Source: a virus (Duplodnaviria > Heunggongvirae > Uroviricota > Caudoviricetes). Taken from it: a stretch of DNA of 36,279 nt. Below are positions 35,275-36,279 of this stretch, in pieces. The stretch covers positions 1 to 36,279 of the IMG/VR virus record IMGVR_UViG_2917393062_000005; one strand, 5' to 3'. How positions within the stretch are numbered: position 1 is the stretch's first letter; each line of letters opens with the position of its first letter. The position numbers and the translations under genes were made by a program. The notes beneath the pieces are model-generated. The model was not told the DNA's origin and made no database searches. It was given only the letters and a program-made list of their open reading frames with translations.

Positions 35275-36279
35275 ATGTCAATTAAGAAGCTCGAAGATGG
35301 TCGTTATTTGCTGGACATCAGGCCGAACGGACGCAAGGGAAAGCGCGTGCGTAAGGTATTTGACAAAAAATCGGTAGCGGTGGCCACTGAACGCTACATC
35401 ATGGCGAACGCTGAAAAGCGGGAATATATACAGGGCTACCGTGATCGCCGAACGCTAAATGATTTGCTTGAGTTGTGGTGGATGTATCACGGTCAACACA
35501 GGCGTAAGGCGGAAGAAGACCGAAAACAACTGCGCAACATAATCAATGAGCTTGGCGCTGATATGCAGGCTGTGGATCTTGATAAGCTGAAAATTATCGC
35601 GTGGCGTTCTCAAAAGATAGCTGATGGATTGAAACCGTCATCTGCTAACAGGTACATGAATCGGTTATCCGGAATGTTTACCGTGCTGAAAAAAATAGGT
35701 CTTTGGGATGCAGAACATCCGGTAAGGGGAATTTCTATTCTTTATGTATCTCCACGAGAAATGGCGTTCCTGTCACAGAAGGAAGTTGCGTTATTGCTCG
35801 ATACATTGGAGGGCGATTACTGGCGTGTTGCTCTTTTGTGTTTAAGCACAGGAGCGCGCTGGAGTGAAGCCTGTAAGCTCCGTGGTGAACAGATAGTTCA
35901 TAACCGAGTGACGTTTCTTGAAACCAAAAATGGCCGAAAGAGAACAGTGCCAATTTCGCAGGCAGTTTGTGAGGCGATCAAAACCAGAGAAACAGGCAGC
36001 TTGTTTGAGGTGAAGTACCGGGAATTCTGTCTGGCGCTGAAAAGAGTTAAGCCCGATTTGCCAAAAGGCCAGGCTGCACATGTGCTGCGGCATACGTTCG
36101 CCAGCCATTTTGTGATGAACGGAGGAAACATTATTGCGCTTCAGAAGATTCTTGGCCACGCAACCATTCAGCAAACAATGGCATATGCACATTTTGCACC
36201 GGATTACCTGCAGGATGCGGTGGCCCTTAATCCGCTGAAAGGTGGCGTAAGTGTCCACGCAGTGTCCACGGGGGATTAA
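35275..36279 (+). CDS. int: Tyrosine integrase (P2 Int family)
   Basis: MSIKKLEDGRYLLDIRPNGRKGKRVRKVFDKKS matches the P2 Int N-terminus; catalytic-region motifs LSTGARWSEA, HVLRHTFASH and MAYAHF. The ORF track starts at 35260. Confidence 0.93.
   Translation: MSIKKLEDGRYLLDIRPNGRKGKRVRKVFDKKSVAVATERYIMANAEKREYIQGYRDRRTLNDLLELWWMYHGQHRRKAEEDRKQLRNIINELGADMQAVDLDKLKIIAWRSQKIADGLKPSSANRYMNRLSGMFTVLKKIGLWDAEHPVRGISILYVSPREMAFLSQKEVALLLDTLEGDYWRVALLCLSTGARWSEACKLRGEQIVHNRVTFLETKNGRKRTVPISQAVCEAIKTRETGSLFEVKYREFCLALKRVKPDLPKGQAAHVLRHTFASHFVMNGGNIIALQKILGHATIQQTMAYAHFAPDYLQDAVALNPLKGGVSVHAVSTGD
36252..36264. repeat. Candidate attR core (TGTCCACGCAGTG) inside the int 3' end
   Basis: Identical to 1162-1174, with partial matches in the flanks. 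Confidence 0.5.

Larger units (their letters stand above)
1162..36264. mobile_element. P2-like integrated prophage, about 35.1 kb, from attL core to attR core
   Basis: Near-complete P2 gene set in prophage order (int-C-cox...A...cos...Q-P-O-N-M-L-X-lysis-R-S-V-W-J-I-H-G...FI-FII-E-T-U-D-ogr), flanked by direct repeats at 1162-1174 and 36252-36264. Confidence 0.85.

Noticed and set aside
1-36279. tRNA, rRNA or CRISPR array
   Set aside because: No tRNA-like T-arm/acceptor motifs at either prophage end and no regularly spaced repeat-spacer array; the only tandem repeats are short iterons and protein-coding repeats.

Overview
Almost the whole window is one ~35 kb P2-like (Peduovirus-type) prophage, bounded by an imperfect direct repeat (13-bp perfect core TGTCCACGCAGTG at 1162-1174 and 36252-36264) and lying next to a host gene I read as flk (1-993, minus strand). 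All calls rest on reading the supplied ORF translations against remembered P2, Mu and R1 protein families; no database search was run. Gene content from left to right: a Mu Com-like zinc finger overlapping a beta-class DNA methyltransferase; ogr and D (minus); FI-FII-E/E'-T-U (plus, inverted relative to canonical P2 order); a hexapeptide acyltransferase moron; G-H-I-J-W-V-S-R, lysis cassette, X-L-M-N-O (minus); P-Q (plus); a cos-proximal accessory locus with a ParM/ParR actin-type partition pair plus an unknown gene; replication gene A and a string of small early genes; cox; C; int. The strongest candidates for something new are the com-methyltransferase module with a GATC-clustered promoter, the parMR cassette at the tin/old-equivalent hotspot, and an AT-rich opposite-strand gene in the early region. 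Baseplate gene J is split by a frameshift. No tRNA, rRNA or CRISPR array was found.
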